Positions 41,027-53,222 of a stretch of 64,000 nucleotides of DNA are shown one piece after another; position 1 is the first letter of the stretch, and each line of letters begins with the position of its first letter. The notes beneath the pieces were generated by a model. That model had not been told where the DNA came from. It made no database searches and saw only the letters and a list, made by a program, of their open reading frames with translations. The DNA comes from an uncultured delta proteobacterium (GTDB lineage: Bacteria > Desulfobacterota > Binatia > Binatales > Binataceae). The stretch spans positions 1,632,001 through 1,696,000 of the forward strand of contig CAVRVY010000004.1 in the NCBI GenBank assembly GCA_963724765.1. The letters are read 5' to 3'. Both the position numbers and the translations under genes were made by a program.

Positions 41027-41437
41027 TGTGCCTAGTCAAAACCTAGTGCCGGACATATTGATGATGCAACCCGCCAAGGATGGGAATTGCCGCGATGTCG
41101 CCCACCGGTAGAGGGCGACGGAAGTTCGGCGCATTTTTATCCAATGAGAGGTGTGTCCGGACCTTGTTGTAATACGAGGCGTAGGTTTTCAGAACACGAT
41201 GCAGATGCGCCTCGCCGAACACGACTACGTGATCGAGGCATTCGCGACGTATTGATCCAATGAGCCGCTCGACGTGGCCATTCTGCCATGGCGAGCGTGG
41301 CGCCGTAGGGTGATCGCGGATTCCCATTGCCCGAATGCGGCGGGTATAGGCTGGACCGAATGCAGCGTCGCGGTCTCGAATCAGATGTTGAGGGGCTTGA
41401 TCCCAAGGGAAGGCATCAGTGACTTGACCCGCAATCC
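41027..41437 (-). mobile_element. rve/integrase-core IS remnant (C-terminal part plus end)
   Basis: AFPWDQAPQHLIRDRD...RSPWQNGHVERLIGSIRRECLDH...GGLHHQY; TGTGCCTAGTCAAAACC end. Confidence 0.85.
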
Positions 41438-41845
41438 AAAATATACGGCTCTATTTTGCGATTAGGCGGCATTTCTGGAGGTGCGACAAATTCGATTCGC
41501 AAGCTGAAGCGCTCTGCGACGCCGGATTCTTCTCGAAGGCGCGAATCCCATTCGCTCAAAGAATCGAAGCGCTGGACAAAAGGCGTCGACTAGGCGTTCG
41601 CCACAGCCGGAGCAAATGAACGGTCGACGCACGTTGATCCAATAGACTCCATTGCGACGCTGGCGCCGCAGCCGGTACGGCTCGTTCCGGCCATGTCCGA
41701 TCTGGCATTTTTTGAGCCACTTGATCTCACCGCCACCTCCAAGTCCGCCCGCCGCATACCTCTCGCGGCCACTCCGACTCGATCCCGAACGATATTGCCT
41801 CCTTATCCTTCATCCGAGATGAGGTTTTCGCCAGCCACAGGCCTC

Positions 41846-42797
41846 AAACCCTCAGGCTCGCCTGCGCGATATGGATGCGATGGGTTATCGACCAGGCCTT
41901 CTCTATCCGACCTGGTTTGCCGAGGGTTTCCACCTGGTTGAAGATCCGGACGTGGCGTATGCGCTTGCCCGCGCGTACAACAACTGGATCGCGGACTTCT
42001 GCAGGACCGCGCCAGACCGACTGTTTGCGGCGGCCATGGTCCCACTCCAGAACATGGATTACACGGTGGAGGAGCTGCGCCGCGTCGCCAAGATTCCATG
42101 TTTCCGCGGCGCGTTCATCCGGCCCATGTTTATCGAAGGGCATTACTTCACTCATCCCTACTATGATCCCCTCTGGGCCGAGTTGGAAAGCCTCGGGATT
42201 AATGCGGCGGTGCATTCCGCAACTGGATTGTGGAATCCCGAATGGACGTCGCACGGACAGTTTTTTGAGAAGGTAAAGCGCCGATTGAATCAGCGGTCTA
42301 TCATTGCTGACGCGGGAGGCGGGCCACATGCCGGAGGTGGCGGAGATCAGGGTTTCACTTTCCTCGCATCACCGCCCCTCAGTCATCCGATCGCTCCAAT
42401 TCTATCGTACTGGCTCGACAACCATATGTTTGTCGCGTCGACCTTGATCGGTCTCACGGTGATGCAGCGCTACCCTAAAATGAAAGTGGTGGTGGCCCAC
42501 GGCAAGGCCTCATGGATCGAGGAGGTGCTCGAGAAGATGGAAGCCTCGACCCGCACGGTGCCGCTACTCCATTATTATCCTGTCCGCACGGACACCGAGG
42601 AGTTGTGGAAAGAAGGACGTGTGATGCTCGGTTTCGATGCCGAAGAGCGTGTGATTCAGAAACTGCCAAACGACTTCGCTGAAAAAGTCGTCTGGGGATC
42701 TCGCTATCCGCATCACGATACCACCAGTGCGATCGAGGCGATCGAAACGCTCACGCGCGCTCGGGTTGACGAATCCATTCTCGCGCGCATGTTGCTC
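41846..42797 (+). pseudogene. Amidohydrolase_2-family protein, truncated at both ends
   Basis: NPQARLRDMDAMG, ARAYNNW, YDPLWAELE, VWGSRYPHHD. Confidence 0.8.
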
Positions 42798-43014
42798 TGA
42801 GCCGATCGGGCTGGGTTTCTCGCTCAAGCGCGAGGGCGGCACCTGGAAGATCTGCGATGTCGCGGTCGACAACGTGAGCTCGCTGAACAGCTATCGCACC
42901 GAGTTCCAGCGGATCATGGGCGAGGAGGGCTTCGACGAGCTGATGACGCAGATTCAGCGCCGCGACCGCGAGCTGGCATCGACGCTGGGTAGCCCTACGG
43001 GCCTGCCCTTCTAG
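42798..43014 (+). pseudogene. mlaC: C-terminal fragment of MlaC/Ttg2D phospholipid-binding protein
   Basis: WKICDVAVDNVSSLNSYRTEFQRIMGEEGFDELM. Confidence 0.7.
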
Positions 43015-43131
43015 AGCGAACGCGGCGGTTGCGCCGCCTGCTGGCCGCGCAACGGCGGTGCATGTTCGTTCACGCTTTAAGATTGGCGCAGGGCCGGGCC
43101 GCTGGCTGGCGGACGGGGCGCATGTGTCCGA

Positions 43132-43340
43132 ATGCATATCGAATCGTACTTCGCACCTACAACCGTTCGTGAGGCGCTTAATCGCGACAGCGCCAAGCTC
43201 CTGGCCGGCGGCCCAGAGTCCTGATGCCGCTGCTTAAGCCGCGGCAGGTGGAGCCCGACTGCCTCATCGATCTTAACAGTGTCCCGGTCTTATGGCCGAT
43301 GCGAGCGGGCGATGATAGCGATTGGCGGCTTTGCCGGCGC
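43132..43340 (+). pseudogene. N-terminal fragment of a CoxM/xanthine dehydrogenase FAD subunit
   Basis: YFAPTTVREAL...AKLLAGG/QSLMPLLK.RQVEPDCLIDLN; degenerates afterwards. Confidence 0.7.
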
Positions 43341-43780
43341 GGCCGGCGTATGCGCGGCAGGCGGCGCTTCTGGCCGGCACCGTCTTGGACGACGCCGTCG
43401 GCGCGCGGGCGGGCGAGGTGGCCGCCGGCGAAGTCGCATAGCAAACTGCATCTGCTCGTGCCTCAGCGTCTGGAAGTGCGCCTCACGTTGGGCGCGCCGG
43501 TCACCATCCGGTTTTCGCCTCTCCCGCAACAGCTCGGAACACTGTTCTCTGAGGCTTCAGAAACCGCGCTAGTTTGCTTTTTCACCGCGGACAACGCTCC
43601 GTCAGCTGTGTGTTCTCTGATTCTCTGCGCTTGGGGGTTAGCGCAACCTTCGTGCACGCGAGAGAAGCAACCAGATAATCTCATCATCATTTCTCGCCGG
43701 CGCAAACGTAACTCCTACGTGATTGCGAGTTAGGTTAGGCTTTGGGCGCACATCGAAGCGTATTCTCAAAGGAGACAAAA

Positions 43781-45247
43781 ATGGAAACCGCAAGAGTCCC
43801 ACGAGGCGACCGGACTTATAAATTCGGCGCGTTGATGGTGGTAGCTCGTCGCGGGATGTCTGTGGGGCGCGGCGGCATCTCTATGGAGCGGAGTTGCTAG
43901 CGCCCAAATGCCGGAGAAGGTCTATACCCGCGCCGACTACACTGACTGGCTGACCAAGTACGCCAACGCTAAACCTGACTTCAAAGTGGGCGATGTGCTC
44001 ACCGCCAAGGATATCGAACGGATGCGGCCGTTCGTGATTCCCGGTTACCTGGACTATTTGAAGTTTCCGGACTTCAAAATGCGCATCGTGGCTCCGATCG
44101 ATCATACGCCGATTGGGAAGTTCCAGGATTGCACGGAGAAGTACCAGCCGCAGGTCAGGCTCAAGCCCGACGGCACGATGGACAAACTACGGCTGCGGAC
44201 AGCCCTTCAACAATGCCGAGCTTAAGGTGGGCGACCCTACGTCGGGGATCAAGGCGGGCTGGAACTGGAACCAGAAATGGATGTCGTACGGGCTCGCACA
44301 ATCCAACGTGATATGGATTTGGGTGCGCTTCGACGGCTCACCGAGACATACGCCGCCCACGATGATCCCGCCCGGGAACTTCATGCTGCTGGCGCCGCCG
44401 GAGGGCTGGACGCTGCCCACCGATTTTTCTCCCTTCTACCGCGGGGGTGGAACTTTCCAGCGGACCCTGCAAAGCAATTACGAGCACCTGGTTCTGAGCC
44501 ACCTGGCGAATCTCGACGGCGGCGGATCTTCCCGGCGCCAACGGGGTGGAGTGGAAGGAGATCACGGGGTTTTATTCGCCGTTCGATATTCGCGGCACGG
44601 AATTCATCATTTACCGCTACACCGATCCGTTCAGGAACGACGACGCATGGGCCTACATTCCGACTCTGCGGCGCGTGCGCCGGGTCTCGGTCGAAACCAA
44701 GTATGATTCGCTGTTGGGGACCGACCACACGCTGGACGACTTTTACGGCTATGCGGGCCGGACTCTGGAGACGGACTGGAAGTTCCTGGGTTGGAAAGAC
44801 GTTCTCTGCGTGTGCGATCCGGCTAAAATGTACGACCATCTCTACGGCCCAAATGGCATAATCCCTGACGAAGACTGGGAACTGCGAAAGCAAATCGTCC
44901 TCGAACGCATTCCCAAGAACCCGCGCCATCCATACAGCAGCGCGATCATGTTCATAGATCCGCAAATCTGGTACGACTCGTTCCACGTGGCGTTCGATCA
45001 TTCGGGAAAGCTGTGGAAGATATTCCAGTGGCAGTGGAAGTGGACGGAGACGATCCCGCCCCCGTGGGATAAGTACAACAAGGGCGTCAACACCGTTACC
45101 TGGCAAGCCGTTAATGACATCGATGTGCAGAATAAACGGGGCACTATCATAAATGCTTTTGGCGACGGCTTCCCCGATGTCAGCTCCGACCTGACCATGT
45201 ACCAGAAGCGGTTCGACATCAATTCGCTGGAAGAGGTTCATCGCTAG
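43781..45247 (+). CDS. DUF1329 domain-containing exported protein, with several frameshifts
   Basis: GGAG RBS; ORF pieces 43908-, 44113- and 44546- join into GQPF, SPFDIRG, WAYIPTLRRVRRVS, TLDDFYGY, HPYS. Confidence 0.8.
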
Positions 45248-45387
45248 ACGATCAAGCTAAAGAAGGGCCTGCCTACTCTCCTCAACCGTTCTCCACCGAC
45301 GGGCGTGCGCCAATTGTCGCAGCGCACGCCTGTTGGCCCTTGCCAAAACGCGGTCCGAACCCTGGCTGCCTGAGACGAGGAGCGAAC

Positions 45388-46410
45388 ATGAAATTCGGAG
45401 TGATGTATGACTTCCGTAATCCGCGCGGAGCGTGGTGGAAGCCGTACCCGAAGCTACTGCGGGAGTTGCTCGATCAAATCGTTGCGGTCGACGGCATGGG
45501 ATACGACAACGTCTGGGTTACCGAGCATCACTTTGTCGAGGACGACTACAATCCCTCCGCGATGACCGCCCTGGCGGCGATTGCCGTGCGCACCGAGCGA
45601 ATCAGGATTGGTTCGTTCGTGATGCTCATGCCGTTTCAGGATCCGCTGCGGATCGCCGAGGACGGTGCCTGCGTCGACAACTGGTCCAACGGACGTCTGG
45701 AGCTGGGAGTGGGACAGGGCTACCGGATCGACGAATTCTCCGGGTTCTGCATGTCCAGGCCTGAACGTACGGCTCGCATGGCTGAAGGTATTGCGCTGGT
45801 CGACCGGCTGTGGACGGAGGAAAACGTCACCTTCGAGGGAAGATTCAGCCGCGTCAGGAACGTTACCATCAGTCCAAGGCCGGCGCAGAAGCCGCGGCCG
45901 CCTATCTGGATCGGGGCCAGGACGGCAAAGGCGGTACGGCGAGCGGCGGAGCGCGGCTACAACCTGATGGCCACCATCGGGCCCGATCCGGCAATCCCGT
46001 ACCGCGCCGCGCTCAAGGAATTCGGCCGCAATCCCGCCGACTATTCGATCGCGCAGCTTCGCATGGTGTACGTAGCGAAAAACTCCGGCCAGGCTTGGGA
46101 CGATACCCAGGAACATATCCACTACATGATGCAGCACTACGCCAAATGGTTGGGCGGCGAAGCGAAGGATGCGCCGGGTGACGAGAACGTATGGGATCTG
46201 AGCGAGGCCCGGGAGCTGCGCAATTCTAAGTATGCCGAGGGGCTGGTGATCGGAACGCCCGAGGAGTGCGCGAGAAAGCTGGAGAGGTTTTGCAAAGAAT
46301 ATTCTTGCACGCACTTCGTCATCACGAGTCATTTCCCGGGGATGGATCCAAAAAAATCAACTCAATCCCTCGAGCTTTTCGCCAGGGAGATCATGCCGCA
46401 CTTCCGTTAA
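45388..46410 (+). CDS. LLM-class flavin-dependent oxidoreductase
   Basis: VWVTEHHF, SNGRLELGVGQGYR, PRPPIWIG, ELFAREIMP. Confidence 0.93.
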   Translation: MKFGVMYDFRNPRGAWWKPYPKLLRELLDQIVAVDGMGYDNVWVTEHHFVEDDYNPSAMTALAAIAVRTERIRIGSFVMLMPFQDPLRIAEDGACVDNWSNGRLELGVGQGYRIDEFSGFCMSRPERTARMAEGIALVDRLWTEENVTFEGRFSRVRNVTISPRPAQKPRPPIWIGARTAKAVRRAAERGYNLMATIGPDPAIPYRAALKEFGRNPADYSIAQLRMVYVAKNSGQAWDDTQEHIHYMMQHYAKWLGGEAKDAPGDENVWDLSEARELRNSKYAEGLVIGTPEECARKLERFCKEYSCTHFVITSHFPGMDPKKSTQSLELFAREIMPHFR

Positions 46411-46556
46411 GCGGAACCCGACGTGCGCTTTCTCGGTTGGTCACTGATCTTCTTCAATCGTTTCGACGATCTGACGATCTAGGGAGCGAGAATGCTTCCA
46501 TAAGGGGTGGGGGAGCCCCGGTCGAGACAGGATCGTACAGGCACAACTGGGCCGGG

Positions 46557-47851
46557 TGTCCCTGCTGAAAATTCGATCTGAACGGAAACTTGGGCAGGCG
46601 CGAGAGCGAAGATCGTTCGGCTGGCGGCACGCGGAAGCAGCTGCGATCAAAGTCGGTCACGGCTTCCAGCCGAATCAGATGGGCAGGTTTCGACCAGGAA
46701 AGGCGTGGACGATGTGGCACCGGTCGCTGCGGCGGCATCAACGGTGAGTGCGAAGAGTCACGCCGCGAGGCGCTGGTAGCGATGGTGCATACCACCGACT
46801 TGGGGGATGGCGATGATTTTTCCGACCTTGGGCACCTGTATCGGCCGCTGCTCAGGGCAATCCTTGTTCAATGAAAGATGCGTCCGGGTGCGATGGTAAT
46901 AGTCGAGGTAAGATGTGAAGACGCGACGCAGATGGCGCTCGTTGAAGATGACCAGGTGGTCCAGCACTCGCGGCGTATCGAACCGATGACCCGTTCGACG
47001 TACGCATTCTGCCAGGGTGAGCGTGGCGCAGTTATGACCTCGACGATGCCCATCGCTTCGACCCGTCGGCGGAAGTTTGTGCCATACGAGGCGTCGCGAT
47101 CGCGCAGCAGATAGCGCGGAGCGGTGTCCCACGGGAATACTTCGGTTACCTGCTGTGAAAGCCAGCTTGCCGTGGGGTGCTCGGTGACATCAAACCGCAC
47201 AATCCTCCTGCGATCGTGAGCCAGGATGATCATCACATACAAGAGCTGAAACGACGCCGACACAACCACGAACATGTCGATGGCGGCGATTCCCGCAGCC
47301 GGATTGCGCAAGAAACTGCGCCAAGTCGGCGAAGGCCTTCTGACTCGTCGCACCATGTACTTGGCGACCGTCGCCTGGCTGACCTTAATGCCGAGCTTGA
47401 GGATCTCGCCATGGATACGTGGCGCGCCCCACAACGGGTTAGCTTTGCTCATCTGCCGGATCAGGTCACGGACCTCGCGAGCCGCGCGCGGCCGTCCCGC
47501 CCGTCAACGCCACCGCCAGTAGAGCCGGAAACCCGCGCGATGCCACTGGACCACGGTCGCTGATTTGACCAGCACCATGACTTTCAAACAGCGCGGCCAT
47601 ACCCGATAGAGCCAAACCCAGAGCAGGCGGTCCAGCGATGTAAGCTTCGGACGACCGGGCTGCTGGCGCCGCAAAACCGCTAACTGATGACGTAGCGCGA
47701 CCACCTCAAGTTCCAGCGCCGCCCTGCTTCGAAACCTGCAAACTAACAGTGAAGAGAGCGTCGTCATGAGTGCGAGCATGCCGGCCAGCCTACGGCGCCG
47801 TCTTCCAAAACCCCAATGGTTGCCTCGCTTTTGGAATTTTCAGCAGCCACA
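46557..47851 (-). mobile_element. rve-integrase IS (IS481/IS3-like) with frameshifted transposase at 46758-47779
   Basis: TIRs TGTCCCTGCTGAAAATTC / TGTGGCTGCTGAAAATTC (16/18); NPLWGAPRIHGE, AAIDMF, RDRD, SPWQNAYVER. Confidence 0.88.
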
Positions 47852-47909
47852 GGGAAGACGTCGTGAACTCATCCGACCCACCGCCAGTCGCTCGACATTG
47901 TGCAAGACC

Positions 47910-48374
47910 TCAATCGCGCCGCCGTTTGGAAACGTCAGCCGCCAAGCGAGCGACTTCAGCATCAGTCACGTAACGGTTGGCGGCTCCCCGCGCGTATTCC
48001 TCGTCAGCATGCCTGGCAATGTCGCTCAATGAGAGGAGACCCACCAGACGGCCCTCCTTGTTAAGCACTGGTAGGCGGCGAACCTGCTTGTCGTGCATGA
48101 TTCTTTCAGCCGCAGAAAGATCATCATCTGAAGTACAATCGAAAAGCTGCCTCGACATCACCGCGGAAACCTTGATTTCGCCTATCGGCACGCCCTGAAA
48201 GAAAGCTGCCATGCAGATGTCTCGATCGCTAAGCATTCCCACCACGCGCGCATGTTCATTCAAGATCGGAACGCATCCACAATCATGGTCCCACATCAAT
48301 TGCGCCGCTGTGGCCAGACTATCGGACGTGAAGCACGTTCTGACGTTCGTGGTCATGACGTCTTTAACTTTCAC
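47910..48374 (-). CDS. CBS domain-containing protein
   Basis: MWDHDCGCVP, SDRDIC, VRRLPV...GLLSLSDI. Confidence 0.92.
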   Translation of the reverse strand: MKVKDVMTTNVRTCFTSDSLATAAQLMWDHDCGCVPILNEHARVVGMLSDRDICMAAFFQGVPIGEIKVSAVMSRQLFDCTSDDDLSAAERIMHDKQVRRLPVLNKEGRLVGLLSLSDIARHADEEYARGAANRYVTDAEVARLAADVSKRRRD

Positions 48375-48663
48375 GGCGGTTCATCCTGCTTCTAGCGACA
48401 TGCCAATCCTCGGTCAACTCATCCGCCGTTCGGCTCAGATCTTGGAGGCTTCGCCCATGGATGACTGTCCGGTCACTGGCCAATCGCCGCAAGGCTGCCG
48501 CCGGAATCCAGATCCTTGCAGTCGATCCGACTACGGTCTCGCCCGCAAGCCGCTCTCCGCCCCGCAAACTTGGTTACGCTCGCGCCGCTGTTTTTGAACG
48601 CGACCATCCGTTGGCAGGTGCGGCGACGTAGACTGACATTTCAATCGGTACCAGAGATCGGGC

Positions 48664-51189
48664 TCAGCGAAACCACAAAATGCGAGCGTTCTCGAGCGGG
48701 ACGCGAACCACCGGATGGTAGGGAATGATACGGGGCGTGTAGTGCCACGCCGGCCGACCCGCCGATACGCTAGCATGGTATACATAGCCCGCGTCGGTGA
48801 TCGGACCATTCACCTCCATCTCGAGTCGAAACGGAAGCTCGTCTCTCAGCGGATCGGCGTAGAGCTCGACGCGCACGGCATCGGGAGACAAACTACCGAG
48901 GTAAACCTCCACGTCGAAGACATGCCCCTCGTCGGCAGAGCCTGCCACGCGAAGTTCGCCGAAGCGCACGTCGCGCCAGTGCGATGCCACGTCCTGCTCC
49001 CACTTCTGCAACGACGCGCCCGCGGCGCCGCGATTTCGGGCCCGCTCGCGGTAATGCGCAGCCGCATCAAGGTAATAAGTCTCCGTGTATTCGCGCACAG
49101 CACGATTAGCCGAAAAGCGCGGCGTCAAGCGCGCCATGCTTTCGCGCATCCGAGCGATCCATGCTGAAGGAATCCCGTCAGCGTTCCGGTTGTAGAACTC
49201 CGGAATAACCTCTTTCTCGAGAATTCCGTACAACGCCCGCGCTTCAGCCGCATCCCACTCCGGATCGTCGCCGTGCTCCTGTCCGTCATCCAGCGCCCAG
49301 CCCAGCTTTGGCGAGTAAGCCTCGGCCCACCAGCCGTCCAGTTCCGACAGGTTGAGGCCGCCGTTGACCAACACTTTCATCCCGCTAGTGCCGCACGCTT
49401 CCCAGGTCCTGCGCGGAGTGTTGATCCACACGTCCGCGCCTTGCACCAAGTGCTCGGCCAGGATCAAATCATAGTCGCTCAGAAAAACCGCGTGGTTGCG
49501 AACCTCGGGACGCTGAACGAAGCGCACCCACGTCTGCACCATTTGCTGGCCGGCTTCGTCTCGTGGATGCGCCTTGCCGGCAATCACCAGTTGAACCGGT
49601 CGCTCACGATTGGTCAGGATGCGAATCAGGCGCTCGGGATCGCTCAGCAGCAGGGTCGGTCGCTTGTAGGTTGCAAAACGCCGCGCGAAACCCAACGTTA
49701 GCGTATTCGGGTCGAACACCTTACGAGCGGTCTCCGACTCCGCGCCGCGGCGCGCCAATTCCAGCGCGAGCCGCTCGCGCACGTAGCTCACCAGCTCTCG
49801 CCGATTGCTGGTGCGAAGCTGCCAGAGATCAGCGTCGGAGACCCGGGTTATGTCGGCCTCAACGGTCTCCATCGTTCCGCGCCAACGATCGCGCCCGCAG
49901 GCCTGCGTCCATAACGTGTCCGCCGCGATGGAATCCCAAGTCGGAGTGTGGACGCCGTTGGTGACATGACCGATTGGCACCTCCACCTCGGGCCAGCGAG
50001 GAAACAGACACTGAAAGATACGCCGGCTTACCACGCCATGGAGACGGCTGACGGCATTGACCGCCGCGCTGCCGCGCGTAGCGAGATAGGCCATGTTGAA
50101 GGGCTCGTCCAGATCGTTCGGATTCCGGCGACCGAGCGCCAGCAGCCGTGGCAGATTGATACCAAGCCGCTGCTCGGCATAGCGCGTCATGAACCGGTCG
50201 ATCAGGCTCGGCGCGAAGCGGTCGAAGCCCGCAGCGACCGGAGTGTGAGTCGTGAACAGATTGCCGGCGCGCGTGACCGTAAACGCGACGTCGAAGGGCT
50301 GCCCGCTCTCTTCGCTGAAGCTTGCCGCGCGCTCCAGGACCGCGAGTGCGGCGTGCCCCTCGTTGAGATGGCAAACCTCCGGTTTGATTCCGAGCTCGCG
50401 CAGGAGGCGCCATCCGCCGATTCCGAGCACCATTTCCTGCGCCAGCCGCAATTCGGGGCCGCCTCCGTAGAGTTCGCTGGTGATTCCGCGAAAGGCCGGC
50501 GCGTTGGCGGGATCGTTGCTGTCGAGAAGATACAGCGTCACGCGGCCGACCCGCGCCTGCCATGCGCGCAGCCACAGCGCTTGGCCCGGCAACTGGACTC
50601 TGAGCCTGAACCATTCGCCGTCCTTGTCGCGCACGGGTGTGACCGGCATTTGCCCGGGATCGTTGAAGGGATAGAGCGCGCGCTGGCTTCCGTCTGCCTC
50701 GATGACCTGGCGGAAATATCCCTGCTGGTACAGCAGTCCCACGCCGGCGAGCGGCACACCGAGATCGCTTGCGGCCTTGAGCTGATCGCCGGCAACATTG
50801 CCGAGCCCGCCCGAGTAAATTGGGAGCGCCTCACTAAGCCCGAACTCCATGCTGAAATAGGCAACACAGCTAAGACTCGAATTATTATGCGTGTTCTGAA
50901 ACCATGCCGCACTCTTGAGGTGCTGCCGGGAGCGCTCGACCAGCCCTTGGACTGTTTTGCGGAACTCACGGTCGGCCAGTAGGACTCTGAGTTTCGCGCG
51001 GGAGGCGGTCTGCAAAACCACCCATGGATTATGGGTGAGAGACCATAGCTCGGGTTCGAGTCTGCTCCATATCGGATCGGTTGTGTGGTCCCAGCAGTTT
51101 CTGAGGTCCAGGGCGAGTTCGGACAAATGTTCCAGACTTCCGGCCACCGTAGCCGGGAAATCGCGCGTCGGTTCGGATATCGATCTCAT
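48664..51189 (-). CDS. glgP: Alpha-glucan (glycogen) phosphorylase
   Basis: YFSMEFG, YSGGLG, HLNEGH, RRFATYKR, GKAHP, EACGTSGMK (PLP Lys), LDGWW. Confidence 0.95.
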   Translation of the reverse strand: MRSISEPTRDFPATVAGSLEHLSELALDLRNCWDHTTDPIWSRLEPELWSLTHNPWVVLQTASRAKLRVLLADREFRKTVQGLVERSRQHLKSAAWFQNTHNNSSLSCVAYFSMEFGLSEALPIYSGGLGNVAGDQLKAASDLGVPLAGVGLLYQQGYFRQVIEADGSQRALYPFNDPGQMPVTPVRDKDGEWFRLRVQLPGQALWLRAWQARVGRVTLYLLDSNDPANAPAFRGITSELYGGGPELRLAQEMVLGIGGWRLLRELGIKPEVCHLNEGHAALAVLERAASFSEESGQPFDVAFTVTRAGNLFTTHTPVAAGFDRFAPSLIDRFMTRYAEQRLGINLPRLLALGRRNPNDLDEPFNMAYLATRGSAAVNAVSRLHGVVSRRIFQCLFPRWPEVEVPIGHVTNGVHTPTWDSIAADTLWTQACGRDRWRGTMETVEADITRVSDADLWQLRTSNRRELVSYVRERLALELARRGAESETARKVFDPNTLTLGFARRFATYKRPTLLLSDPERLIRILTNRERPVQLVIAGKAHPRDEAGQQMVQTWVRFVQRPEVRNHAVFLSDYDLILAEHLVQGADVWINTPRRTWEACGTSGMKVLVNGGLNLSELDGWWAEAYSPKLGWALDDGQEHGDDPEWDAAEARALYGILEKEVIPEFYNRNADGIPSAWIARMRESMARLTPRFSANRAVREYTETYYLDAAAHYRERARNRGAAGASLQKWEQDVASHWRDVRFGELRVAGSADEGHVFDVEVYLGSLSPDAVRVELYADPLRDELPFRLEMEVNGPITDAGYVYHASVSAGRPAWHYTPRIIPYHPVVRVPLENARILWFR

Positions 51190-51381
51190 TTAAACAAGAT
51201 ATCGAAATATCGGCAGAGAGCATCGCATCGCGCGTGACAATATGGCTCGCTGCGGACACGGATCCGATGCAATTTAACCTAAGCGTAACGGTGCGATAGA
51301 TTTTTCTGCGTCCACGTGCCTGACGTTCCGCGAACCGGCGGCGCGCTTTAGATTGGGAGACCCCACGAGGGCCGACGGTGC

Positions 51382-51537
51382 CTAGATAGCAAAGCCACGT
51401 TTGTAGGCGGATTTCCATTCGGTCAGCAGCGCCCCATCGCCGAGATCCAGGCGGGAGGGTTGCTCGGCCACGTTTATGTAGACTGCCGCCCCGGCAAACA
51501 GCGCGGCGGCAATGAGTGCGAGTTGTCCCGCGAGCAT
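51382..51537 (-). pseudogene. DUF1772-family membrane protein, truncated
   Basis: [30 protein letters not shown]...EWKSAYKRG followed by a stop. Confidence 0.7.
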
Positions 51538-52015
51538 CCTGAACTCTCCTCCGACGCTCGAAAAGCCGTGCGGGCTGTCGTAGCAGACGCCGCAGATCGT
51601 TACAAAAATCCTGAAGCGACCGGTAATGCTGCGCCGCCGATCTTCTCCGCCATGACACGGTAGCCGCAGGTCCCGCCCCTGGGGAAAAGACCCGTCGAGT
51701 GCGCAATTTACCGCCCGTAGTGTTTGGATCAGCCTCCTGCCGAAAGCCCATCGTCCGGTTTCCTCTTGCAAGGGCCCCCCGTGAAGGGATGAAAGATGAG
51801 CTTCGCTCGAATCTTGGCATTCGCCAAAGTTGCCTGCGCCATGCAAGCATGCAGATGACGCTGCTGCAGCGCGTCCAGAAAGTCTGTGATTTTCCGAGCT
51901 TCAGCGCCATCAACGTCTTGGATGCGTTGCTGTAATTGATTCAGGTTATTCTCGACGGCCCCGCAGGGCCTTGAGCACTGCGCTCGTGGTCCGCGGAGAA
52001 CGCAAGGAGGAGCAT

Positions 52016-52450
52016 ATGCCAGAGGGCACTCTCAATCCGTCCAATCGAAAGGAATTCAACCGCCAGCTAATCGAGGAGTTCCGCGCCAACGGCGGCAAGG
52101 TCACCGGCCAGTTCGCCAATCGGCCCTTGCTTCTCCTCACTTCGACCGGCGCCAAGAGCGGGCGCCCCTATACCACCCCGGTGGTGTACACGACGGACGG
52201 CGACCGCCTGGTCGTGATTGCGTCCAAAGGCGGCGCACCGAGCAATCCGGACTGGTACTACAACCTCGTGGCGCATCCCATGGCGACGGTGGAGCTGCCC
52301 AAGGAGCGCTTTCAGGCCAAGGTTATCATCACGACCGGCGCCGAGCGCGAGCGGCTCTTCAACCACCAGGCCGAAGAGATGCCGCAATTTGCCGAGTATC
52401 AGAAAAAGACCACCCGCCCTATCCCGGTGCTCGCGCTGGAAAGAATCTAA
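52016..52450 (+). CDS. Deazaflavin (F420)-dependent nitroreductase, DDN/FQR family
   Basis: FNRQLIEEFRANGG, LLLTSTGAKSG, ASKGG...PDWYYNL, YQKKTTRPIPV. Confidence 0.92.
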   Translation: MPEGTLNPSNRKEFNRQLIEEFRANGGKVTGQFANRPLLLLTSTGAKSGRPYTTPVVYTTDGDRLVVIASKGGAPSNPDWYYNLVAHPMATVELPKERFQAKVIITTGAERERLFNHQAEEMPQFAEYQKKTTRPIPVLALERI

Positions 52451-52561
52451 GCCGGGCGAACGAGGCCGGGCGGTCTTGCCCTCCCTTGATTGGCGATGCG
52501 GTTGTTGTGCAAATGGTGAAGGACGAGGCCGAGGCTATCGCTCCTACCCGCTAAGCGCGGT

Positions 52562-52912
52562 TCAGCACGTCACGTGGAGAATGGCGTTGGTGTCGTCGGA
52601 TTTCTGGGCAAGCGTCTCCATTGCCTCGTCGGTAGGCAGAATCAGCAGATCGATTTTTCGGCGGCGCGCTTCACGTTTCACCTCGTCCATCACCGGAAGC
52701 GATCCATATCTTCCGGTGCCGATTACGAGGCGTCGGCACTTCCACGGCACCTCCTCCTCAACCGAGATCGGAGTGTGCCCAAACTTCTCGCGGAATTTCT
52801 TGGAGGGCTTCTTCTTGCGCTTGCGAATCTTGCCGCGGTCGATGACCACGTCATATTCGTAGGTGACACCGTCAATTTTGATCGTACCGAAGTGAAATTT
52901 GCCGAAGTCCAT
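52562..52912 (-). CDS. MTH938/NDUFAF3 (DUF498)-family protein
   Basis: FGTIKIDG, GHTP, LVIGTGRYG, C-terminal HVTC. Confidence 0.85.
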   Translation of the reverse strand: MDFGKFHFGTIKIDGVTYEYDVVIDRGKIRKRKKKPSKKFREKFGHTPISVEEEVPWKCRRLVIGTGRYGSLPVMDEVKREARRRKIDLLILPTDEAMETLAQKSDDTNAILHVTC

Positions 52913-53222
52913 GGCGGAGCCTCCAACTGAGATCGTTCTCTATTCGTCTCTTGCGGGATCTTTCAGACCTGGTCAAGGATCCGAATGAAATCCGCACCGG
53001 ACTCGTTTGTCTCGGGTCGCGGACTCGGCGTTCGCATCTGATCGTGGTTGATACCAGTCCCCGCGCGGAGGGCCGTTTTGGTTATCACGCTTGGCAAGGC
53101 GTTCGGCGCCCGGATCGTCGGCTACTGCCTCGATGCCAGCGTGTCCGATTGCCTGCGACGCGACGCCCTGCGCCAAGGCCGCGAGCGGACAATCCGAGCT
53201 TAGAGCGGTATTGAGGGGTGTT

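Noticed and set aside
51029-51913. 294-aa minus-strand ORF
   Set aside because: It crosses the DUF1772 fragment and glgP out of frame and has no recognisable motif.
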